The notes under the pieces are model-generated. The model saw only the letters and a list, made by a program, of their open reading frames with translations. It was not told the DNA's origin and did not search any database. A stretch of DNA of 64,000 nt from Eledone cirrhosa (taxonomy: Eukaryota): contig OZ024742.1 of the NCBI GenBank assembly GCA_964016885.1, forward strand, positions 129,828,001 through 129,892,000, written 5' to 3'. Position 1 is the stretch's first letter, and each line of letters opens with the position of its first letter. The translations under genes were made by a program, and so were the position numbers. Of the stretch, positions 46,515 through 58,800 are shown in pieces.

Positions 46515-48317
46515 GAACAGTCCACTACACGTCCACTTTACAGTGTGGGCTGGGTGCTTTTTTGCCGTGGCACCTCCACGACCACTTTGCAGTGGGAGGG
46601 TGTGGGGGACATATTGTCTATATGCTTCAGCTTCAGCTTGTACCCGTGGGAAGTCGGGTCTTCTGTAATTACTGCGTGACACCAGAGGTCACAGTCGTGT
46701 GTCATCGCCCTTGAGTGGTGCAATTGGGTAAGGTCAGCTTTTATCACCTCATCCCAGGTCTTCTTGGGTCTCCCCACTCCGTGGCTTCCATTGACTTCTA
46801 GTGCTCTGCACCTTTTTATGCAGCTGTCATCCTTCATACGCATCACATGACCATACCAACGTAACCTCCTCTCCTGCACACAGCATTTGATACTTCTTAT
46901 GTTCAGTCTCTCTCTCAATTCGTTTATGCTTTGTCGTTTGTGTATATTACTATTACACATCCATCGGAGCATGCATCAAGTCTTCTACTGACAGCGCCCA
47001 GGTCTCACTACCATGTAACATTGCTGTTCGTATACACGCATCATACAGTCTGCCTTTCATTTTGAGGGAAAAGCCTTTTGCAGGTAGCAGTGGCAGTGGC
47101 TCCCTGAACTTCTTCCACCCGTTCTTACCCTACTTATTGTACATTCCGAACATCCACCTCCGTTGCTAATTCGGTCATCTAGGAAGCAGAAGCTGTCTAC
47201 TGTTTCTACAGAGCCCTCCCAGAGTTTGGTGGTGCTTATTTACTGTGGCTGTTTGCTGCTTGCTGTCCCAGCGCAGCTGCTACATATGAAGCCTACATTA
47301 AGCTTCCTGAGATCCCACTACATCTCTTGTGTACCCATTATTTGCATTTGGGGCAGAGGATGGAGTTCCTACCTACACCTTTCCTACATACTGAGCAAGG
47401 CCATTTCCCAGAGGGGTCTGGGTTCTGTTTTCTTGTCTATTTACAAGAACCTTAGTCTTTGTCAGGTTGACTTTGAGACCCTTTCTTTCTAGTCCCTGCT
47501 TCCATGTTTGGAATTTCTTCTCTAGTTCCACCATAGATTCAGCTATATGTGCGAGATCATCTGCATATAGGAGTTCCCATGGGCTTTCGGTCTTAAACTC
47601 CTCCGTTATTGCCTGCAAAACTATAATGAACAGGAGAGGGCTAAGAACAGAGCCCTGGTGGACACTGACCTGTATGCTAAATTCCTCGCTATAGTCATTG
47701 CTAACACTAACTTTGCTGACTGTTCCTCGAAACATGGCTTGTACAGCTTTCACAAGCCATTCATCTACCCCTAATTTTCTAAGAGCCCACCAGATTAAAG
47801 CACGGGGAACTCTGTCGAAGGCTTTTTCCAGATCGACAAATGCCAGGTAGAGCGGCTTACTTTTAGCTAGGTACTTTTCCTGTAACTGCCTCACAAGGAA
47901 GAGGGCATCAGTGATGCCTTTTACTAGTACAAACCCAAATTACATCTCATCTAGTTTTACCCTGTCCCTAATCAACTGTCCTATAACTCTTTCCGTTACT
48001 TTCATGACCTGGTCCATGAGCTTTATACCTCTATAGTTTCCTCTATCTAGTGCATCACCTTTACCCTTGTAGCAGTTGACAATGATGCTGCTTCACCAAT
48101 CTTCTGGTATGATACCCTCTAGTATTACCTGGTTAACAATACGTGTGGTTATGGTGTGACCTACCGACCCAGATGCCTTCAGCATCTCGGCAGCTATACC
48201 CAATGGACCGGTTGCCTTCCCTGTCTTCATATCTTTGATTGCCTTACTTACTACACTACTGCTGACTTGTACTGCTGGCCCCTCTATAGGGTCCGCTTGC
48301 ATTCTCCTCATTTAGTA
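46515..48317 (-). mobile_element. RTE LINE, second diverged subfamily, frameshifted
   Basis: AFVDLEKAFDRVP, PWELLYADDL, RRLRWYGHVMRM; different 3'UTR. Confidence 0.92.
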
Positions 48318-48400
48318 ATATATATACATATATATATATATATTTATATATATATATATAGTTCAGGGAAACAACAAACAAAGGTATATATATATATATA

Positions 48401-49303
48401 CTAGCAGCAGTACCTAGCGTTGCCTGGGTAGGTAAAATAATATCTGCTTTGATGAAAAGGTGTTGATCTTAGCGACTGCGAGTTTCTTGAAAATCGGTCG
48501 TAAGGTGTAGCAAATGGCGAAATGTTGAGTGAAATCGTATGGAATATGTGGGAGGTGGAAAAAATCGTATTTTGAAGAGTTAAACAGCTGCCACGCCGTC
48601 CCTGAACAAAAAATGCAAAGTGTAAAGCTACTATAAGATGTGCAATGATAGGTTCTATCGTAGTATAAAAGTTGAACCAAATAAATTGATTTATGTGTGA
48701 GGTGGAGCCGAAGTTTCGAATTTGAACGAAATCGGTTGAAAAATGTGGGAGCTAGAGCCGAAAAGGCGGAAATTTGAGCGATAAGGTAGTATTTTCGAAT
48801 ATTTAAGCGGCTGCCACGCCGTTCCTGAACAAAAATTCCAAAATCTAAAGCCACTTTAAGACGTGAAATAATCAGATCTAGCGTAGTGTAAACTTTGAAT
48901 AATGTAGGTTGGAAATTTGAGTCTAAAAGTGGTATTTTTGAATATTTAAGCGGCTGCCACGCCGTCCCTGAACAACAAATGCAAAATATAAAGCCATTAG
49001 AGGATCTGTAATGATAAATTCTATTTTGCTTTAAAATTTGAACGAAATCGGTGGCAAAATGTGGGAGCTAGAGTCAAAAATCTTATTTTTCAATACCTAA
49101 AAAAAGGCAACCCCCCCCCCTATCGATTTTTATCTACAGAATGACCCCGGAATAAAAAAAAACGATACGCTGATATATAGAAAACACTCCCCGATGACTA
49201 ATCTATGAGCCTGTAAAGTTTCATGAAAATCGGTCGTAAGATGTAGGCCCCAATAGGTAATACACAGACACACAGACACACATACTTAATTTTATATTAC
49301 AGA
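48401..49303 (-). mobile_element. Non-autonomous Helitron
   Basis: On the - strand: 5' A|TC, (GTGTGTCT)n near the 5' end, subterminal hairpin TACCCAGGCAACGCTAGGTA, 3' CTAG|T; three internal tandem units with GCTGCCACGCCGT.CCTGAACAA. Confidence 0.85.
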
Positions 49304-49359
49304 TATACATATATATACTCTTAGAACAATGCTGGCATTCTTACTTTTTCTTTTCTTTA

Positions 49360-49610
49360 GTCAATTGACAAGATCCCAGACCTCATTTGATTATGAAGTG
49401 GGGTGCACCTCATCAAATCAGACCAAGGAAACAATATTTCCATTAGTCTTTCCATGCTGATACTATCTACTGGTTGCAACTGCTGGCAGAAAGAGCAACG
49501 TGAAATAAAATGCCTTGCTCAAAGACATAACACATCACCCTGTCCAGGAATTAAACTTACAATCTCACAATTGTAAATCCAATTCTCTAACCACTAAGCC
49601 ACATGCCTTC
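49360..49610 (-). mobile_element. SINE family C, older variant
   Basis: Homology to 46066-46280; ends in the palindrome GTCAATTGAC. Confidence 0.75.
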
Positions 49611-50302
49611 ACCTAATGTTGGGATTAACAGTGGATACTACTCCTATCTGCAATATTTTTATTTTCCAGAATTTTCGATTGCCTGATATTACTAGAGTTA
49701 TCTCCCTTCCTTATAATTTAGATTATATACGTTCTTAGAGGAAGTTTTTCCTTCTAATTGCAAGGATAATATCAGTTAATCAAATTTTTAAAACTCATTA
49801 TATTACATATGTGAGAATCTACTAGAAGAGTGTACCATGTGAAAGCATAGTAGTCAGAGTAAGAAAGGGTTTGGAAAAAGTTCAGGAAGCTATCAACTCT
49901 GGTGGTGGTGGTGGTGGTGATGATGGGAGGAGAAGGAAGAAGAAGAAGAAGAAATGATAATAAGTATGATGAAGTTGATTATAGCTATGATGAGGATTAA
50001 TGGCTATCTAAGGAATATAGTCTATATATAGTAGTGGTGAGAATAAAGGATTTAAACTGCCTGATCATGCTTAAGTTAAGATTTAGCAGATTTCCTTGGA
50101 GATTTTTATCTTCTTGATATCAAGAACTAGATTATTATCAAAAATAGTTTTTTAAAAGTAGTTTTTTACAGTAAATATATATTTTTCAAGACTGCCAAAG
50201 ATAAAGATATTGTGAAGAAAATATTCTATATAAAACATATCTAGTATAAGCTAAGTTAATCCTATTCTGAATTGGCAGGCTCCACGGAGCTAGTGCATAA
50301 TA

Positions 50303-50515
50303 ATGCTTTCTGATTTAGACACAAGATCAACAATTTTGGAGGAGGGGAAAGTTGGTTAAATCAACCCCAGTGCTTTACTGATGTTTTATTTTATTGACCC
50401 CATAAGGATGAAAAGCAACGCTAACCTTGGTGGGATTTGAACTCAGAACATAAAGGGTCGTAACTATTGCTACAAAACATGTTGTCCAATGCCCTACAGT
50501 TACCGCCAATCTACC
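50303..50515 (-). mobile_element. SINE family A
   Basis: Homology to the other family A copies. Confidence 0.82.
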
Positions 50516-50689
50516 AATGCTAGTGGATGGGACATGGGTGATGATGAAAGAGTTTTCTCTGTAATCATTAGGTCCTAGGTTCAATACTAAAGTGTGGCAT
50601 CTTGGGCTTTTTTCATTTACTATAGCCTTGTGTGTGAAACAGGGTAGGTAGATGGAAACTGTTTGGAAGCTTGTCCAATGAACTGTAAC

Positions 50690-51197
50690 TATCATCATCA
50701 TCATCATCATCGTTTAACGTCTATCTTCCACGCTAGCATGGGTTTAGATGGGAATTGTCCCACTTGAGGCAAGATTGGTTGTCTCACTTGTATAGGACTG
50801 TCTGCCCTTCCTAACACCAACCACATTTACAGTGTGGACTGGGAACTTTTTACCGTGTTACCTACATGGCCACATTACAGCGTGGACTGTGTTTTTTTTG
50901 TCATGACACCTACATGACCTCATTTATTTAGGACTGGATGTTGTGGTACCAACATAACTTTACAGAGAAAGGGGTGGTGTTCATGGGGATGGGGTAGGGG
51001 TAGTGGGATGGGGGTATATTTTTGGTTAAGAGGTGCCTACTGACTGTAGGTTTCACTTTGTAGTTAGGCAAGGCGGGTCTTCTGTATTACTGCGTAGCAC
51101 CAAAGATCTCGGTCCAGTGACATTGTCTTGGAGAGGTGTAAGTGTGTAAGGTCGGAATTTATCAAATCGTCCCAGGTTTTTCTGGGTCTACCTAGTC
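50690..51197 (-). mobile_element. RTE LINE 3' fragment
   Basis: GRPRKTWDDLINSDLTHLHLSKTM, 3'UTR and (GAT)n. Confidence 0.9.
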
Positions 51198-52029
51198 CTA
51201 TCTTTATATAAATTTGAGCGATATAGACTTGGCTTCGACTATGTGTGTATATGTTATGTGTATGTATGTATGTATGTGTGAGTGTATGTATATATGTATG
51301 TGTGTGTATGTATGTGTGTGGGTATGTATGGGTATGTATATGTGTGTATATATATGTATGTATGTGTATGTGCACGTATATATATATATATGTGTGTCTG
51401 CATATGTTTATGTTTGTATATATGCATATGTATATGTATCCATATGCGTGTATGTATTTACATATATGTATGTTTGTATATTTTATGTTTATGTATATGT
51501 GCCTGTCTGCATGTATTTGTATGTGCGTGTGTGTGTGTGTGTACGTACATGTGTGTGCATGTGTATTTATGTATAAAAGCTCACAAGTTTCTATTAATTT
51601 GTTCAACAGTGAAAATATGTGAGACATTCAGAAATATTGACAAACATACAATTAACTTAAACAGACAATATTTGTATTGTTTCATCATGAATATGGCAGA
51701 CATGTGAGAGAAAAACCACAGCTGACAGAGAATAACATCCACATTTGCACAGCAACCATAATAATAAGCCAATGTGGTGGTGTTTACATTGGTCTGTAAT
51801 TCTTTAAAGTTTATTTCACACAAACATACAAACACCTACACACAATGCATTTCCTATCTCAGATTATGTTGCTACAATCATTAACCCTAATAATACGCCA
51901 TTTATGTTCTATCTCTGCCTGTAGCCCTTCAATATTTACACATTTAAACAAACATATACAATACATTTCATATTTCAGTCATGTTACTAAAACCGACAAC
52001 CATAATAATGCACCACATTTGTTTGTGCG

Positions 52030-52061
<32 letters not shown>

Positions 52062-52289
52062 GCATTGTAGCATTATTTAATAGGAAACACAAATTTAAAT
52101 TTTGAAGACCAACACAATGTGTTATGAAGATTGTTCAATTGCCAAGATAACAAAAGAATCTTACCTTAGCAAATTTAACGATCCCAAATATTTTCGGGTT
52201 TAAAAACCCATTATCAAGGGAATAACCCTATAAGAGACTTAAAAATCGATTGGATAGACTTGTTTGTATGGGAGCAGATTTAAATCCCA

Positions 52290-52440
52290 TCAGGAAATCT
52301 TCAGGAAAGCATCAATGATTTCCTTTGAATGAAACAGTTCTAGTCATGTAGAAGCCATTTCTATATTAAACATTATATACTCTCCTATGTATTGAGTACT
52401 TTACTTACTGTGGTTACTCCTGTATGAACCTAGGATACAT
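52290..52440 (+). mobile_element. Degenerate copy of the 26372/33559 hammerhead-bearing family
   Basis: ATGATTTCCTTTGAATGAAACAGTTCTAGTCATGTAGAAGCCATTTCTATATTAAA...GTATTGAGTAC.TTACTTACTGTG. Confidence 0.7.
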
Positions 52441-52473
52441 CTATCTATCCCCTGTGGCTAATAAAGAAACATA

Positions 52474-52535
<62 letters not shown>

Positions 52536-52619
52536 AAAGGTAAACAGAAATAACAACACAATCGGTACAGTATATGGAAGGTATATATTAGGTTAAAGCT
52601 TGATATAGCAGGAAGAGGG

Positions 52620-52655
52620 TCTTAACGTTTCGGACGCTAGTCCTTCATCAGAAGA
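52620..52655 (-). ncRNA. Minimal hammerhead ribozyme (Penelope pLTR type) next to (TA)n
   Basis: TCTT-CTGATGA-a-GGAC-tagc-GTCC-GAAAC-GTT/AAGA; stem III is only the palindrome AACGTT. Confidence 0.8.
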
Positions 52656-53436
52656 AAGAATGAGAAATAAAATAGATTAAGGGGATGGGCAGGATGGAAT
52701 TGGAAAAAAAATGTCTTTCGATAAAAATAATAGGTCCATTCATGTTGACATCTCTTGCAAAATATGTATGTGTGTGTGTGTGTTTCAAATTTGCACATAA
52801 AAACATAGAAACACAAAGACACAATGCCTTTCCTATCTCAGTCAAACTGTTACAATAGAAAGTTCACTTTCCAATCACACAATCCAGGGTTCTAACTTTA
52901 CACTTGTTCTTATAAATAGCTATTTCTCCAAAATTACTTATACATATTATCCTGTATGTCATTTGTACTTGTATGCTGAACATTTATGTAATTGTATCCT
53001 AGAAATGAATTATTGAAATGTCATTCTTCTCTTTAATCACTTCCACATGCCAGTAATCAACATAAATTATAAGTGAACCATTAATTTATCAAAATACACA
53101 TTTCCCAGTTTGTTTGATTGTTCACATATCCGGTAATCTTGCATATATAGCATACCAGTCCTGGACTTCAAAATTTAAATATGTTCCATGCTATTGCTGT
53201 CATTATTGATGTAACAGGTACTATGTTAGTATAAATATATTAGTTTTGTTCTATTACTATGTATACTTTATACACCAACACCAATCCATATCTTATTCAG
53301 AGAATGATGTATGCCCATGTTTCATCATACTGCAGCTCTACCAGACCATATTTATGGAGAACATCACTATCACTGCAAGCTTATAACAATGTTGATAAGA
53401 TGTTCAATGTTATTGTTGTCATTATTAACAGCTCAA

Positions 53437-53625
53437 GGGCGGTGGATTGGCAGTATCGGTAGAGGGTCGAACGCCATGCTTTCCAGCATAGTTACTTCCC
53501 TTTACAGTCTGAGTTCAAATCCCACGGAGATTAACTTTACCTTTCATCCTTACGATGTCGATAAAATAAAGTACCAGTAATACGCTGGAATAGTTGCTGA
53601 TCTTGTGCCAAAAATAGAAACAATT
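53437..53625 (+). mobile_element. SINE family A
   Basis: GGCGGTGGATTGGCAGTATCGGTAGAG head, GAGTTCAAATCCC B-box. Confidence 0.88.
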
Positions 53626-54611
53626 ATTAACAGCTCAAGTCCACTAGTATAGGTATTAATTCTTATGGTTGTTTAGTTAAGAAGTTTGCTTTGCAGTCAT
53701 GTGCTTTCAGATTCAATTCCATTACAAACCAGTAGTCAAAACGTTCAGACCTATCTTGATTGATGGGGTCATTTGTGGTCATACTATTTCTGACCATTCT
53801 TCAGGCACCCCTACTAATGGTAATATTGTTGTGTTTCAAGTAATGGAAATTTCTTTCTTTGTTGGGGATAGCGATGTAATTAAGCCAGATACATGTTAAG
53901 AGTGCACCTCAGTTTCAATGTATTGTGTGTTGTATAATAGTTGGTATTTGGCTACATCTCGATGTAAACAATATGTATTGTGTCAGTCTGTGTACAACAT
54001 AGTTATGTAGGCAGCGGTGAGAAATATTTGATTAATTTAATCAATTATAAATGTGAGACATATAATATAAGATAAAAAATTTATAAACATATAGACTGCA
54101 TGTGAGTAAAATATGTGGAGTGAAAATGAGAAGTAAAAATATGGAAAGTAAAGGAGTATAAATCATAAACAAGAGTGAGAGTATATATGCCTGAGTACAT
54201 ACTGACACTGAGTCGTTCTCTGTAAAGCTGGTTTTGTAAACCATATGAATATGCATGAACAGACAATGACAGAGGCAGATTATGTTGCAAGTCTCCCTGC
54301 ACCTCCAGATGTCACTACTTGTCAAATTTGTAGCAAGATAATCCATGCTAGCGTGGAAGATAGACGTTAAATGATGATGATATGTAAGACAACCTTTGAG
54401 TTCAAACACCATATGAACATTCATCAACATGAAATTCCACATTCTGATCCAATAAACTCGGTACACACACTGGCATACATCTGTTACTTGTGTCAAATAC
54501 CTTGCAAATCAGTTGCTGGATTGAAAAGCTACCTCTGTGCACATGGGAAGGGGTTGATATGTTGAGATAGCTATCATTTGACAAGATGAAGCAATCATCA
54601 TTATACATACA

Positions 54612-54805
54612 TGGTGATCGATTGGCAGTATCGGTAGATCCTCAGACGCCATGCTTTACACCATAGAGTTATGGCCCTTTACGTTCTGAGTTCAAATCCC
54701 CCCCGAGGTTAACTTTGCCTTTCATCCTTATGGGGTCGATAAAATAAAGTACCAGTAATGCACTGGGGAAATTGTTGGCCTTGTGCCAACAGTAGAAACA
54801 ATTAT
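54612..54805 (+). mobile_element. SINE family A
   Basis: Same as 53437. Confidence 0.88.
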
Positions 54806-55838
54806 ATATACTGACACTCACATCCACAAGTATATATATATATATAGACACACACTAGTAAAGGAGTATAAAGTGTAAATAAAAGTAAAAAGTAGAAATT
54901 AGAGATTAGAAGTTAGAAATAATAAATTATATCACACATAAATACATGAATATCACACATATCATGCTTTGAGGCACTATGATGGTCAGGGTGCAGCCAT
55001 GAAAGTGTGCAGTTGTAAACTCAGGAACTACCTTATATACTTGTATATAAGCCAAGAAATATGTGACAAAAAAAAAAAAAAAAATCGATGGTAAAATGAG
55101 GGGGTCGCTTATATTTGAGGTCAATATTTTGATGATTTTCACCAACTTAAAATTCTATGTAAATAATGTGCTAAAATATCTGGAGTGAGTATTTTACAAT
55201 GAAACACTTTTTTTCTACAATTATTACATCACCATGAGTATTATTTATGCATTCCCTTGAAAACATTCCCAACAAATTTTTATAATGTGAACTTTTTAAT
55301 ATATAAATATCCCCTACACATCACACATGTATGTGTGACGACTGTTTTACTCTGTGACTTAATTATGCTTTTTCTTTCAATCTTCTGTTTGTATTTTATT
55401 GCTCTCACTCTCTCCATTATCCCACCTTCTCTTTTTCTTGCTCTGACTGTTCTCCTTCATTTACTGTTTCTCCCACCCCCCCCCTTCTATTCTGAATCCT
55501 TATACAATGTTCTTTTAACCAATCGCTTTCTTTCAATTATACCCTATTCATTATGTCCCCTTGCATGCTCTTCTGTGAGTAGCTGGAAGTAAAATTTGAG
55601 AGATTTGTTGAAACTTTATAAAATGGAAGAAATAGTAAAAAAATTCATTATGTAATGGAGTTGGGAAACAAAAACTAAATAACACTTAAAACATTTTAAA
55701 TATAAAATATTAAAACTTCAAAATTATGCTATCTAAACATAATGTGTTGATTAGCTGCCTCGGATGATACATGAGGTTTGGATTTTTGCCCATTTCTCAG
55801 ACATAAAATAGTGCAGTTGGCTTATATTTGAGTATATA

Positions 55839-58800
55839 CATCATCATCATCATCATCATCAACGTTTAACGTCCGTGTTCCACGCTTGCATGGGTTTGGA
55901 TGGGGGTAGTCCCACTTGAGGCAAAAGTGATTGTCTTGCTCGCATAGGACTGTCTGGCAGGTTTTCTACAGTTGGATGCCCTTCCTAACACCAACCACAT
56001 TTACAGTGTGGGTCTGGGAGGTTTTTACCGTGTTGCCTACACGGCCACATTACAGCGCGGACTGTATGTTTTTTTGTCGTGACACCTACACGATCTCATT
56101 TGTTTCGGCCTGGATGGCGCGGCACCAACATAACTTTACATAGAATGGGTGGTGTGGATGGGGTGGGGGTGGTGGGACGGGGTGTATTTTGTTAGAGATG
56201 CCTACTGGCTGGAGTAGGTTTTACTATATATTTAGGTAAGGCGGGTCTTCTCTGTTACTGAGTACCGCCAAAGGTCTCGGTCCAGTGACATTGTCTTGGA
56301 GAGGTGTAAGTGTGTGATGTCGGAGTTTATCAGCTCGTCCCAGGTTTTTCTAGGTCTGCCTATTCCGTGACTACCGTCTATCTTTATTGCCCTGCACTTT
56401 GTTATACAGCTATCGACTTTCATGCGCATCACGTGTCCATACCAACGTAGCCTTCTCTCGAGTAAACAACATCTGATCCCTCTTATCTCTAATTTTTTCC
56501 TTAGTTCGTTTATGCTTTGCCGTTCACGTATATTACTGTTACACATCCAGCGGAGCATGCAAGCTTCGTTCCTCTCTAGTCTGCGTATATCCTCTGCACA
56601 CAATGCCCAGGTCTCACTGCCATGCAGCATTGCTGTTCGTATGCAGGCATCGTTCAACCTGCCTTTCATTTTTAGGGAGAACCCTTTAGCAGCTAATAGT
56701 GGTATAAGCTCTCTGAACTTTTTCCAACCAGTTCTGACTCTAGCTACAGTACTTTCAGAGCACCCTCCCCCACTGCTGATTTTATCGCCCAGGTAACGGA
56801 AGCTGTCCACTATTTCTATAGAACCCTCTGCGCAATTGAAAGAGCTAGTATTTTGTGGGCACTTGCTGCTACTTATTGCACCAGAACACCGGCCACATGT
56901 AAAATCTATGTTCTTAGTTAGCTTACCTGTGATCCCACTACATCTTTTATGCACCCATACTTTGCATTTAGGACATAAAATGGAGTTTCTACCTATGCCT
57001 TTCCTACACACCGAGCACGACCATTTCCCAGAAGGGACCGCCGCCTTGTTTTCTTTCCTACAAACTAGAACTTTGGTCTTAGCCAGGTTAATTTTAAGTC
57101 CTTTTGACTCTAGGCTGTGCTTCCATGTTTGGAATTTCTTCTCTAGCTCGGCCATTGATTCCGCTATGAGTGTCAGGTCGTCTGCGTATAGGAGTTCCCA
57201 TGGGCAGCCTGTCTTGAACTCCTCTGTTATAGCCTGAAGGGCAATAATAAATAGTAGGGGGCTGAGAACAGAGCCCTGATGGACGCCAACTTTTACGCTA
57301 AACTCTTCACTATATTCGTTGTTAATTCTAACCTTGCTGATTGTTCCTTTATACATGGCTTGTATAGCCCTCACAAGCCATTCGTCAACGCCTAGTTTTC
57401 TAAGAGCCCACCAGATAATGGAGCGGGGGACTCTGTCGAAGGCTTTCTCCAAGTCGACAAAAGCTAAGTAGAGGGGTTTACCTTTAGCTAGGAACTTCTC
57501 CTGTAGTTGTCGTACTATGAAAAGAGCGTCTGTGGTACTTTTGCCTGACACAAACCCGAACTGCATTTCATCTAGGTCAATTCTCTCTCTGATTAGTTGC
57601 GCTATTACTTTTTCCGTGACCTTCATGACCTGGTCGATTAATTTAATGCCTCTATAGTTACTCCTATCTAGGGCGTCTCCTTTACCCTTATAACAGTTAA
57701 CGATGATGCTGCTATGCCAGTCCTTCGGAACAACCCCATTCTGTACGACTTGGTTAACTATGCGAGTGACCATGGTGTGTCCCACCGTGCCAGATGCCTT
57801 CAGCATCTCAGCAACTATTTCCGAAGGCCCAGCCGCCTTACCCGTCTTCATATCCTTGATTGCCTTACTTATTATACTCCCCTCGACTAACACTGCTGGT
57901 CCCTCTATTGGGTCGATATGGGGGAGACTGTCTTTCTCCCATTTATTCTCCTCATTTAGTAGCCTTTCATAGTGACACTTCCAAGCTACCTTCTTATCAG
58001 TGTCGGTGATGGCAAGTATGCCATCATCGTTAAGTACACACTTCTCCCCGACAATATCACGGTTTTCCTTGACGCATTGCCTAGCAATCCTGAACACCTC
58101 ACGTTTTTGGTCATCGCGTTGTAGAACATGCTTGAACTTTCTTTCCTCAGCTTCCCTTCTTGCTAAGTACACTTCTCTCCTAGCTTCCCTCCTGGCCACT
58201 TGATAGTCTACTCTACTTCCCCCATCCCGCCATACTTTCCAAGCCTGCTTTTTGGCCTTAATTGGCCCCTCCACCTTACTGTTCCACCACCATGTTACTC
58301 TCCTCCTGCCTACAGGCCTGCTCCAGCCACAGACTTCGTCTGTCGCCAACAGCAGGTTTGCTTTCAGAAATTCCCACTGTCCCTCTATATTGTCCGACTC
58401 TAAATGTTCTTCCTTACTGTCGAAAGCATCAAGTAATATGTTTTGAAATTTATTTTTGGCTGTGGGGTCCTTTAGCTTCCATAATTTTCTCCTGAGGATA
58501 GTCCTCTTCTTCTGTCGAGTACGTCTCGTCCTGACTATGAGGTCGCTAATTATCAGTCTATGTTGGGAGGTGCATTCTTCATGGGGGAGGGATTTAGTGT
58601 TTACAACAGACACTCTGTCACGTCTTCTGGTAAGGATATAATCTACCTGGCTTGTGTGTTCCCCGGATCTATAGGTGATCAGGTGATTGTTACGTTTTTT
58701 GAAGTTAGTGTTACAGATAGTTAGGTTATTTGCATCACAGAATTCCAGGATTCTGGAGCCTTCCTCATTTCTAGTACCAAACCCATAGCCTCCATGGATT

